Source of the DNA: Geosiphon pyriformis uo1
Taxonomy: Eukaryota > Fungi > Glomeromycota
Length of the DNA stretch: 64,000 nt
Direction: 5' to 3'
NCBI GenBank assembly: GCA_016748015.1
Contig: JAAOMT010000479.1
Span: 399,824-463,823 of the forward strand
Below the pieces are notes generated by a model that did no database searches, was not told the origin of the DNA, and was given only the letters and a program-made list of their open reading frames with translations. Position numbers and translations under genes: made by a program. This document shows positions 35,920-49,164 of the stretch, one piece after another (the first letter of the stretch is position 1; each line of letters starts with the position of its first letter).

Positions 35920-38215
35920 AACAAGTAAAAAACTTTTTGTCTCTTTAATTTTATGACCACAACCAGAGTAAAGAGTAAAAAAGCTGTATTTGATATTTTT
36001 CCTAAGATATCTAATAAAATTTCAATTAGAAAAGCTCTCTCTATAGTAGAGGCAACTAGACAAAACATTTTAGAAGCTTTTCTTTTACCTAATAATCGTA
36101 AAAAGCTGCTTTTGGTAGCTATTAAAGCAATTTTCTCATCTTTGGCTGGTTTTTTACCAATCAAAATTTCTTTAAAGAGACACACTTGGATTAATTCCAG
36201 TGTTGTCTCTACTTTTACTAAAAACTCAAAAGTATTTAATAATAAACCAGTTAACAAGCTGGTATTTTCTTCCATAGTTTTAACATTTGGTGCTGTTAAT
36301 ATTTTCTTTTCAAAAAAATGATCAAAAAGACCAAAAGTTCAGAAAAGTAGGAGCAGTTACTTGTCTTTGCTATTGTTACACTGAATCCTTTTGTGGTTCT
36401 AACTGAGATCTTAGGTGAAATTTTTACTATATCATTTGGCACATCATTTAAAATAGACCAAAATTAACCACTGGTTATATTGCCTAATGTGGTATCTTTT
36501 GGCAGATTTTTGCCAGTTCTGGAAGCAAAACAATTATTTCCTATTGGATCATCTGTTTTTAAAAACTGGGCTGATCAGATGGAAACTGATTCATCTCCTT
36601 TTCTGGTTTTTGGTGCTGCTGCTAATAATGCTTAAAAAACTATTACTAGTTATTAAAGATTTATTGAATGGGTGGTTTTTTTTCTAATGTCTGGTACTAC
36701 TTTTAAGATTAAATTGGCTTATGTTAAGGCTGTTTTTCAGTCTGTACATGGTTTTTTGGGTGCAAAATCTGTTTCTAAAAACAATATGAATCTCTTTTGT
36801 ATAGAGTTTGCTTTCTAAAATTTTTTAGATGCTGCATTTTTGGTTGAACTTACAAGCTCTGTTTGCTTTGCCACTTTTAAAATTGCCAAGTCTTTGGTGG
36901 TTTCTGAGTTTGGCTTCTCTTCTACTGCTATTGTATTATACAATGTGTTTTTTAAGTGTATCTGCTGCTAACATTAAAACAGCTCTTGGTGTTTTTGGTA
37001 AAATTTCTTACATTTAATCAAAACTTGCTGATATTTGGCAATATGTTGTTGTTTACTTTAAAATTTTGGATGTTGCTATATCTGCTCTCAATTACTGGTT
37101 GGTTTTGGTGGGCAAAGATAATGTTCAGATCTTCTCCCTTATAAATCAACAGGAAACAATTGTGTCTTGTGATAAGTTTATGGCCAAGTTAGTTAATCTT
37201 TCTTTTGGCTGTACTGATTTTGAAATCAGTAATATGATTTTTTATGTTGGTGATCAAACTTGTTTTATTCTTCAGTCTTCTGATTCTGGTCATCATTTCC
37301 ATTTTGCTTTGGTTATATTTAGCTTCCAAGCTGATTTGGATTTTGCTGTTATCAAAACTGGTATACTGAAAAAGTGCTGTATTTGGTGAGAAACCCCTGG
37401 TTGTTGATATTGTTTTCAGTGTCAAAAAATAGGCCACTTGGCTGTGAACTGTAAGGTTGCTCTATCTCTCTTTTTTAAGACTTCTAAAATATTTAAACCA
37501 CATTTCATCAGTTCTTTGTCTTATGTAAAGGCATCTGCTTTCTTTGTTCTCTCTGAATTTTTTTCTTTGGTGGCTTCTGTTTCTCCTATGGCTATTGCTA
37601 ATTCTTTGATGTCTTCTCAGTTAGCTGCTCTGGAATTTGATTTGGCCAAGTTGTCAACTTTGGTGGAATTTATTATTAAATCTGTTGATGAATTGGTAAC
37701 CACTTTTGAGCAATTTATTAAGAATAATCTTGTGTTTAGTAGCATGTTTGGTAACAAGATCAATAAACTTATGGTGTATTTGGGTGTTTTCAGCAAATTT
37801 GTTGGTAAGTTGGAGAGAGAGGTAATAATATTGAAGATTGAATATGGCATAGAAAATGCTAATTTGTCTGGTAATTCTAATGTTCCAGTTGGAGTAAGTA
37901 ATAAAATATTTGGTAAATTAATAGCACTCTGAGAATTTAAATCTCTTAAGATTAGGTCCAGTCCCATAAAAACAGCCAAGTGGCTTGTTGAATTGGTTCC
38001 TAGTAGTCTCACTTTGTTTGATATAGTTCAAAAGATATTTATCTTGAACAAATTTTCTTGTAAATTAACAATATAGTATAGTTTAAACTGGCTTGAGTAG
38101 CTGGTTATATGTAAAAAGTGTGTGAACTATATTTAATCTTGGATTACTTAGTTTGGTTTAACTTCTAAATAATAGTTAGACCATACTCATTAAATTATTA
38201 ATAAAAAAAAATAAT
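35920..38215 (+). mobile_element. ORF1-only non-autonomous LINE derivative (HAL1-like)
   Basis: One degenerate ORF1-like gene (35953-38076: RRM-like segments, C*YCFQCQK*GHLAVNC knuckle, coiled coil) followed directly by the LINE 3' tail and an A-rich end; no EN/RT. Confidence 0.75.
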
Positions 38216-39049
38216 ATTAAAATAACTTTAATTTAATTTACCAAAAAAATTTATTTAATATTTATTATAAAATTAAATTTAATATTAATAATTTTTAATT
38301 TATTAATAATTATTTAATTGTTAAATATTTATATTTCAATTTAATATTTAAAATTAATATAATAACATAAATTTTAGCAAATATTAAAACTTATAAAACA
38401 CAATATAAAATTATTATAATATTTTGTATTATTAAATTTACATATTATAAATATTTTATTAAATTAATAATACATAATAATAATATTTATATTATTATTT
38501 AATATTATATTAATATTATATAATTATTTTTAATTTGGTATTATTAATATTGTAATTATTTTATAAATTTTTGGTTAATTTATTAATTTATTAATTTTTG
38601 TAATTATGTTAATTTTTTAATTGTTTTGGTTTTATATTAATTTATTTGGCTTTTTATTATTATTTTAATTATTAAAATAGTCTAATAAAATTTATAAATA
38701 TTTTTAATATTAATTTTTGTTATTTAATTATATAATTTTACAATATAATAAAGTTAATTAGTTTTTATTTTTTACATATATGTTTTTTTACAAAACCTAT
38801 TTAAATATAAAAACCAATAATAAAATAAAAAACTACTAAAACTAAATAAAACTGTTTATTAAAAATAGTTTTCTAAAAATTATATTAAAAAAACTTGGCA
38901 TCTTTAATTTATTTGTTAATAATATAATATTTTGATATTAATAAAACTTTTTAAGTTTTACAGCAAAAATAAATAAATTATTTATATTTAATTTGACTTT
39001 TTAATTTTGTAATTAATAAAAATTGTTATTATTTTATTATTATTAATAG

Positions 39050-42000
39050 CAATCCAATTTTTTTTGTTAATCTCTTAGTTACAACAAAAGCAAAAAATTT
39101 ATCAAAAAATTAGCTTTTCTTTCCTCTTTTTCTTTTGTTTTCTTTAATTATTTCTTTTAATACATCTTTTTTTATTGTAATAAAACCAGTAAGTATATCT
39201 GCTAATGGTTCTGGTTCTAATTTAACTGGTTTGAAAATTTGCTTAAGTGCCAAAAAAAATGTGTGAAGAGCATATACTCTTGTGATATATTTTATAAAAG
39301 CTAAAAAAACTTAAAGTTAATAATAATATAGTTAATTTGTCTACTGGTCTTTGAAATTTAAAGAATATTGGTAGCTTTAGCATTAAATCTATGGTGTTTT
39401 AGAGAAGTGATATTGATAGTATTGCAAGTAATATTAGTAGTTTTTTAGATGTAAAAGATATAAAAAACACAGTTGTAAAAAAAACAAATTACATAGATTT
39501 AAATACTTCTGTAGATTATAAAAATATAAACAAAACCATACTAAAGAAAACTTGTACTTAGATATATGTGTTAACTTATCTATTAAAGACACTTTCATTT
39601 AATAATATGAGTAATAATAATAATATTTTAGTGTTTTTATTTTCTAAGTTTGTTGGTTTTAAACAGTTGTTATTAGTCAGATTATATATTCTAGAAAAAC
39701 AAAACTTTAAACCAGTTAAATTGTTTATATTAGATGTTAATCTGTTTGTTGTGTTTGGCAAGACTAATAATAATAAGCTAATTGCTATAAAAAAAATTTT
39801 CTATTATATTGATAGTTTTGAAAAAGCCTTCACTTTCTCAAAATTTCTAAATATTATTAAATCTATCTTTACTTTTGAATTAAGTTTAAACAGAACAAAA
39901 AAAATGGCTGTTAGTAAAAAAATTTTAGTAAATAATGACATTAAAAACCAAACAATTATATAGATTAAGAAATAATTGTCAAAAAAATTCTGGTCAATCT
40001 TCTCAAATTAGTTGTAAAATCAGTTTTTTTCAAATTTAATAAGATAGCTTTAATTAAAATACAGTTAATTGGGCTTTAATAAAGTATAAATTATCTAAAA
40101 TTGCTAATTTAGTTGTTTCTAAGTGGCTTGTTTTTATAAAAAAAAATTCTGTGCATATAGTTAAGACTGTTAATAACAAACAAATATGGATATCAAGAAA
40201 TTTTCATTAGGCTTTGTTGTATATTCTGCTAGTTGACACTATTGTTCATAATTTATCTGATTTATTGATATCATATAGTGAGAAAACTTGTTTCATTGGT
40301 TGCAATCCAAATTTTTATGTATATAACAGATGCATTATAGTTTGTTTTGCCAATAAAACATTTAAAAAGACTACTATTAGTTTTATTTTAGTTTTTAAAA
40401 ATGTAAATTTGTGCTAAACTAGTCTTTTTTTGGCTATTGTGTTTAATGCAAACAATTTGGTTATGTTTCTGATATATGTTTAATGAGTAAGAATCTGGAT
40501 AGTCATAATAAATAAATAGTTAATTCTTAGAATCAAATTTATTTGGCAAATATATATAAGAAGAAACAAATACCAATTATTTGCCTAGTTTTTTTTAATA
40601 AAAAGACTTGGGCTTAAATTGCTGATAATATTACTTCTTATATAGTGCCTTTAATTTTCATTGGTATTGGTTCATTTTTAATGTTAAATCTCTTCTGTTG
40701 GTCTCTTTAAATATGAATAATAAGTTTGCTGCTTTTGAATACAGTTTTGCTAGTCTTGCAAAACAAGTCAACAAGCTGGCTAAGAAGTTGAATACACTTA
40801 GACCAATGATTTTTTAGCATAGTCTTAAATGTTAGTTATTGGTGACTTTTTTATTACAGAATTAAAAAGTAATATATAATGATAAGTAAAAGTTTGAATG
40901 TGATTACTAGTAATAAGACTGTAGTAAAAGTAGTGGTTTTTGATTCATCAGTTGTTTTGAAGTTGAAGAAAAATATGGACAATTTGTCTATTATAGTTAT
41001 AGGCTTAATAACCAAAATAGACAATTTTGGTTTGAATACAAAAAATTTTTTTTCTTAATAATTGATTTAATATAAAAAATTGCTACATGTAATATTAGGA
41101 GTATTAATGTCCTTGCTAAGTAAGAAAATATTGTTTATTGACATATTAATTTGGATAATATGATCTTTATTCTCATGAAAATAAAGTTAAGATCTAATAT
41201 TAGGTTTTGAATTTTTAATAAGTTTGATAGTGTGTGAGTTTTTACTTCTGGTTTGGATAAAAGTTTTTTTAATACTGAAATAGTTATTATTATAAACAAT
41301 TTTCTGGTTTGTTATGTTTTTAAGATAAAAGAAGTTTTTGGTCATGTTATCTCAATTCAATTTCTCTTTAAAGACAAGTTTTTAGTTACAATTTTGGGTT
41401 TGTATGTTAGTGTATCTGCTAAAATTAGATTTAATTAAGCTGTAAAAGTTAACTCTTTTATTGTTAAAGCTGTTAACTCTAATACTTTCATGGTTTTGAA
41501 AGGAGATTTTAATAAAAATAGGTTTAGAAAGAGTGTGAACTTCAAGTTTTGTTCAGATTTGGGTTTGGTTAATTCATTTAATAGACATTTATTAATTGGA
41601 ATTTCTACTTAAAACAACTCAAAAGATGTTGTAAAAGTCATTAATTTTATTTTTGTAAATAAAGATCTGTTATTAGTGATTGTTGGTTAAAAAATTATCT
41701 TAGTGTTTGACTTCTTCAATATTAATTACAAGACTGCTTTAGTTTTAATTAGTTTAGATGATTTTTTGAATATGTGTTTAAATAATATATACAAGTAAAC
41801 TAACAGAGATTATTGAAAATTCAGAATAAAAAATACAAATAAAATCAAATAAACTTATTTTAGAAAATATTTTTCTAATAAACTGTCAACTTTAGTAAAT
41901 ATGTTTACAAATACAAATGCTTTTGAGAATTTGGATTTGATATAAAATGTATTAAGAAATATAATAATAAAGTTAGCAGATAAAGTTTTTTTAAGTATTG

Positions 42001-45000
42001 GTTTAGTATTTTTGACTGCTTAAGAAACAAATATTTTTCAAAATTTTTTAAATTAGAACTGCTGACTGCTAAGATAGCTAAAGCTTTAAAATTAGGTAAT
42101 ATAATTAGGATAGGTTCTCTGCTTTACTCTTGATTGGCCATTAATAAAAACAAAACTTCAAAGATGCAAATTTTATTTCAAAATAAAGTTAAATTTATGG
42201 ATATTTTTAGTTGTTTGTCTAAAATTAGAAAAAATTATTGCAAATTCAAATTGTTTAAGTTCAAAACTGCTGAAACAACTGCTATTAAACTTACAATAGA
42301 GAAAAAAATAGAAAATTTCTGTTTGGACAAAGACTATATAATCAAAAATATATTGAAAAAACTTTTTCACAAAGTAATGCTAAATTATTTAATGATTAAT
42401 AAAAAATTGATTCTAAAATTTAATAATATTAAGATTAATATTAATACTATTATGGAAGAATAAACCAGAAAATAGGTAGTCTCTAAATATTTGTCTGGAT
42501 TTTGGATTAATTAGTATATTTCTTTAAGCTATATAAAAAATAACATGTTTTCAGATATTATAAATGTTATTGATTTTGAGAATTTGGTTTAAGTGGTCAA
42601 AAATTTCCCAAATAAAAAAACTGTTGGTTTAAGTAACATTCTTAATAAGTTGTAAAATCATTGCAATAATAACATTTTTAGGTATTTTTTGCACTTTTTG
42701 AATATGTGTTTAACTTTAAGTATAGTCTTTATTTTGTAAAAAAAAACTTGGGTTTCTATAATATCCAAATTTTATAACTGAGATAAAGTTTTAATGAACA
42801 TTTGGCCTATTGCTCTAATTAAAACAGCCAGAAAGATTTTTTTTAAGATTTTTTCAAATCAAATCTTTTTTGTTTATAGTAAATTTAATATTCTTTATGA
42901 AAACAATTTTTCTGTTTTAAAGAGTATTTTGATACAGTCTCTTATTTTTACTGTTGATTTAATAATTGAAAATGCTTTAAAGAAGAACAGAAAAATTTAG
43001 TTAGTTTTATAAGGCATATAATTTTGTTGGTTGAGTTTATTTAAAAATTAGTTTGTAATATATCAAGATATGTGAAAAGTTTATTAGTTTTTTTAATAAC
43101 ATTTATAAAAATAGAATAAATAAAATAATGACAAACTTTGGTCTTATTGATGACTATCAAGTACATAATAGTTTGAATTAGAGTAAAGTGTTTTCTTTTT
43201 TCTTTTGGCAGTTTTTTTATGACTTTCTTTTGTGCAAAGTTAAAAGACATAAACATTTGTGTAAATATTATATTGACATTAAATTTGTGATTAAGACAGA
43301 TAAAATTAAGACCATAAAAGAGAAGACTTCTTTTTTTGCAGCTGGCACTTTCATTGATAATACTATTTGGGCTGAAAACAGTCAGATATTTACACAGTAC
43401 ATATTAAATATTGCCAATAAATTTTATTTAAGTAACACTATTACAATCAACAATAATAAGACTATGGCTATTCTTATCAATTATAGAATCAAAGATGCTG
43501 TTCTTTAAATTAATGGTTTGCCAATTTTAATTACCAAAAATGGTGAGCTGCATAAATACTTTGAGATATTTTTATTAACTAAAGATTTTTCCAAGCCCAG
43601 TCTGTTCAAGACTTATTGTAATATTAAGTTTTTCTTTAATATAGTGCTGAGAAAGACTATTACAAATAAACAGTTCTTTTATCTGGTATTAATAATTCTG
43701 TAATCCATAATTAACTATTGGTTCCAATTCAGTTTTATTTTATTTGATATGTGTTGGAAGTAGGATATTATGATCAAAAAGAAAAGACCAATTTACTAAA
43801 AAACTTTTTCAATAAGACTTTATATTATTTGTCTTTTTATTGTTTAAAGTTTTTTAAACAGGTTTAGATTAAAAAAAAGTTAGCTTTAGTGATTATTTTT
43901 TTCAATACTCTTGGTATTTTTGGGCATTTATTTGAACACAAATTTTTGGATTTGCAGATTTTGAAATAGATTTTTTTAGATTATTTATGATTTTCTGTTA
44001 AATTATATATTAGTTCAGTAAACAATTTTTTGGCTAGAGTAATAAAAATATTTTTGCTTAATAAGTTGTCTATAATGAACAATTTGTCTAGTATATTTTG
44101 TAATCCTAAAAAGTTTTTAATATTAAATATTTTGAAAGAATTTTTATACTACAAGTCAGTATGTTCTTTAAAAAGATTTGGTATTGTATTCAGAAACAGG
44201 CTGCTAAACAAAAAAAGTAACATAATAAATTGAAAAACTTTTCAGTATTACAAGAAGTTGGATATTAAAGGTCTTGTATCTTACTGATTTGCCCTAACTT
44301 TGGAATTTTTGTATGATAAGAGTGTTCTAGAGACAAGTTTTGTTGAGACTAATGGTTTTTTTAACACAAGCATTCTGAATTCCAGTGAGTTTTTGAAAGT
44401 ACATAAAAATTTGTTTGGAATTTAATCAAAAGCTATTAATATATACATAGATGGATTTTTAAAGAATGTGGATTTAGCTGAGGTTGTTTGTAAAGCTGCT
44501 GCATATTTTTCAGCTGTAAATATAAGCATTAATGCTGTTTTTTATGGGCTTTTGTTTTCTATAATGGCTGAATTACAGACTGTTATTTTGTCTTTAAAAT
44601 GTGTTTTTTTTTGTATAGTTATTATGCATCTAAACAGTCAGACTGCTATTAATGCTTGTTTTTTTGAAACCAAAATTGCTGCACTTGATTTTTGCAATTA
44701 GTGTTAATTAGAAAAAAAACATATTAATAATTTGATAAAGAATAAAAACCTTTTGGTTAAGTAAGTAAAAGTCAAAAATTATTCAGATATTCTAGGCAAT
44801 ATTAAAGCTAACTTAATGGCAAAAGCAGCTGTTGTTTTTTTTTTTATCTATTAATGTAAATAAATGTTATATAGTGGTTGAAAACACAACTGTGTTCAGC
44901 AATATTTGTTATTTTGTCCATAATATTTATAAGTTTATTAGTTGTTTTTATTAAAAAACTGGCTTTGGTTATAATATAATCTTTTGTGTCTTTATTGGAA

Positions 45001-45845
45001 ATATAAACTAAGTGTCTATTATACAAATTTGGCATCCTGATTCACATATGCTGTCTGGATTTACTAGCAAAAAGTTGGCCAATTTGCACATCTATTTAAT
45101 GAAAGCTGTATATAGATGGCTGCTAATAATGATCAGGAAAAAATTATATGACAAATTGTATCTTAGGATTTTGTGTTTATTTTGTGATAAGATTGAATTA
45201 TTAGATCATGTTTTTATTTGTGTTAACACTAATATTTGTGAAGAAATTTTGATAAAAGTTTTAACTGTTTGAATCTCTTTGATTGGTGTCTGTGATTTTT
45301 TTTCTGTTATTTTGGAAACTATTTTTAAATGTTTATCAAACATAAAATTATATACTGTAATTTGCAAAGACTTTATGTTAAGAAATTGGTGTAAAAAAAC
45401 TATTGTAATACCTAAAAAAAAAAACTATTATGACAGTGGTCAAATTAATAAAATATTTGGTAGAAAAACATCATTTAAAGATTTGATTTGTAAGATCTAA
45501 ACATAGAATAAACATAAAAAAAATCAGTTTGGTCGATAATAATAGTGTAATGTCTGGATTGTTTTGTAATTTTATGAAGAATTTGTTAAATAGAGTGGTC
45601 TGTTTGCTTAGTATAATTAAATTTTTTACTATTAGTTTTGACAAACATATACTGTGTTTTTTTTTTCTGGATTAGATAGTACTACTAGTGTTTATATAAA
45701 TATATAGTATTGTTTTATCTGGTCTGAGTGACTAGTTATATATAGCAAATGTGTAAGTTGTATTTAGTTTAGATTACTTAATCTGATTCTATATATTAGA
45801 TAGTAATTAAACTTTACTTGTAAAATATTAATAAAAAAATAATTA
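39050..45845 (+). mobile_element. LINE 3: full-length, heavily eroded
   Basis: ORF1 pieces 39568-40417, EN near 41060-41750, RT FAAGTFIDNTIW (43188-43508), RH 44468-44701, C-terminal WHPDSHMLSG...CLFCDKIELLDHVFIC, stop at 45705, then tail motif. Confidence 0.88.
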
Positions 45846-46630
45846 ATAGTAATACTATAATTATAAAAAACTGTTAATTGTATTTAAAAAATATTGTTTA
45901 TAAAAGTTTTAGTTAATAAAAATAAAATAAATTTATATTATTTTATAATTTGTTTATTTTTAATTTTAAATTAATATAATAATTAAATATTTTTTTATTG
46001 TTTTTTATTTACATATAAATAAATTATTAACATATAATGTTTATTAATAAAACAAAAATTTATTATAATTTAATTTTTATAATTATTGTAAATATGTTTA
46101 AAAAACCTAACATATTTAAATTTTTTATAAACTATTATAAAATATAATTATTTTATAAATTATAAATTTTTTATATATATTATAATATTAGTTAAAGTTT
46201 TTTTTTAAACCAGTTTTTATAATTAATTTAAATTAAAAATAAAAATTTAAATAAATATATTTCTTAATATTAAGAAATTGTCTTATTTTTAAAATAATAT
46301 TATATTTATATACAGCTAAAATACAATTTAACAAAATTTTTAAAAGTATTTTTTAAGTTATTTAATTAAAACTATAGATTTATATTTATTAAAATTTTTT
46401 TAACCATAAAATTTAAAAATTATTTAAACCAATTTTTTCTTATAAATTAAATATTTTTTTTATATAAAACATATATTTAAAACTATAATAATACATTTTT
46501 TTAAAATTATAATTTTAAAACACTTTTTAAAATATATTATTAATGTTTATGGTCTTTGGTAATTATTTTTTTTTAATGTCTGTTATTTAATTAAATGTTT
46601 TAGTGTTGTTTCTATTAAACAGCTATATAA

Positions 46631-47528
46631 TGTTATAAGTAATTATTTAAGTGTTAAAATAAATAACAAACTCATAACTTGGTGCTCAATAGATAAATAT
46701 ATAATTAATAATTTTTAAAGATTTTTGAATTTAAAGATTTTGGTTGAGTTCTTTGTATAATAGACAGAAATTTACTTGGTAATTGTTTTTTCGAATTTTT
46801 TTCTTTAGTATAAAGACTAATTTAATTTGACTGTTATATTCTTCTAATAAATTATTCTTAAGTTTTTATTTTTGTTTTATGAATTTTTTACCAAACTATC
46901 TTTGATGTCAATATTTTAATGCTTAATTTTTTAATCAATTAGTAGACAATAAAAAAATAAAAAAATAAAATAAAAGACAATAAAAAAATAAGAAAAGAAA
47001 TAAAAAATTAGTATTCTGTTAATAGTCATAATCAAAAGCTATTAGTCTAATATGATTAAGTAGTAAATATTATTACATAAGTTGCTTATGGAATCGGAAA
47101 ATAATAATGTTAATTTAATAAAAAAAATAACATAAATTGGATGATAAATAATAATTTTATTTAATATTTAGATAATTTTACTTTAGAGTATAAAAAATTA
47201 TTTTTTGAAGGAAAAAATATGTTGTGAATATTTATTGTTAACTAACTAAAAAGTTGTTTGTCTCTTTTTTTACTTTTGATACTACTAATATATATATATA
47301 ATTCTTATTATATAAAATTTTATATATTTCTACTCTTTTTTATATTACTTTCTAAAACTATGCTCATTTTTAAGCAATATGCTATAATTTTTTAAAAATA
47401 TGTTTATTTTTTGTAAATATGCACATTTTTGAAAATGTGTTTACATATTAAGTACTATTTTTTCATTGGTTTATTCTTATGATTTGTTTTTTTTATTTCT
47501 TTTTTGTACTTTTTTTCTATGAATAACA
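46631..47528 (-). repeat. Solo LTR related to the B family (898 bp)
   Basis: Ends match the reverse complement of B LTR ends (AAATAACAAACTCATAACTTGGTGCTCAA; TTTCTATGAATAACA); flanks ATAA/ATGA form a 4-bp TSD with one transition; no internal region. Confidence 0.85.
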
Positions 47529-48485
47529 ATGATAAGAAAGATAAAATTCTTAATTAGAAAAGCTTTTGGCATTAAAAATAACCAAACTCTTGTAAACTGG
47601 TTCTATTTAGTTTGTTTTGACAGTTGTATATTTGAATATTTTAGCAGAGTTTTAAATATATTTTTTTTTGTAACAAATACCCAATCTTTGAGTGTTTTAA
47701 GTTTAGATAAATTTTATTAAGTACATAAAAAGTTGTTAAATATTAGTTTTTTATGGCTTTTTGTTTATATTAATAACTCTTTAAAAAATTTAGGTTTAAT
47801 AAACATAAAAGTTAGTATTATAGTATTTTTAATAATTTAAATCTGAATATTAAAGCCAGAATTTTTGGTTTGGTTTTATTTACTATGGCTAAATTACAAA
47901 TTATTGTATTGGCTTTAGAATACTTTTTTTTTTTATATAATTATAGTAATTTTTAATAGTTAAACAACTTTAAATATATGTTCTTTAAAGATAATTTTAA
48001 TTTTGTTTGACTTTTGTAACTATTGTTAAATAAAATAGTATCATATTGTAAATATTATTAAAAAAAACCAATTGTGTTTTGGGCTAAAATTAAGAACCAT
48101 TTTGGATTTTTTAATAATAATAAAGCTAATATGTTGGTTAAAGCTACATTTTTTTTAGATGTAGTGTTTTTAACTGTTATTTAAGAAAAATTTTTGAAAG
48201 CCAATAGTACATATATTTCTAAAAATATAAAGCATTTTATTTGTAAATATTTTAAATTGTTTACTATATTATTAAGAACTTGGTTGTAAAGTAAAAACTT
48301 TAAATCAAAGTCTGATTAAAAATATAAATTAAGTCTGTTTTTTTTAGATATAGCACTTTAGATTTTCATATGATAACTGGTTATACAAGTTGGATTACTA
48401 ATACTTATTTCTATTTTATAAAAATCTTGTATTATTAGTTGTTTGTAGTTGTATATAAGTGTTTGTATAATAAATACAATTATAG

Positions 48486-49164
48486 TATTATGGTTAAAAC
48501 TTATAGTTTATATTAGTTATTATATACATTAGTTATTAATGTTATATAATTAGCCATTTAATCTAATCAATAACTTAACTGTTAATCTGATTATTAACCT
48601 AATTATTAACTTAGTCATTGATTTATTTATTGACCATTTTTAATAGCTATATAAATAATGAGTCTCTTAAATATAGCAAAATATGTAGCAATTAATCAAA
48701 AATAAATAAAATAACAACTATTATCTCAATTTTTTTTCTATCACTTATTATTTTTTTCTTACTTTTAAATATTTGAATATTTTGAAATAAAAGATTACTT
48801 GTTGGTATTTACTTATCTTTTTTTTAACTCATATAATTGTAGTATTTAAAAATTATTAAATAAAACATGATTAAAGAGTATATCTGATATCCAATATCAA
48901 ATTCTAAAAGTGTTAACATAAAGCATAGAATTATATCAGTATGTTATTATTTGTTAACAGTACAGACTATCCTTCTACTTTCAGATTTTACAGTTATCTT
49001 TTGAAAAAAATAACAATTGAAATATTTTATGAGACTGATTTTACATATTGAATCTATACTTATTTAATTTGCTTCTTGAAGTTGAATTTTTTTTGATTAA
49101 TTCTATTACTCTACAATTCTGTTTTCTCTTGCTATCTGTTAGCTTGTTACTCCAATCTATAACA
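48486..49164 (+). repeat. 5' LTR of D
   Basis: Direct repeat of 55380-55997; ends ATAACA before the PBS. Confidence 0.9.
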
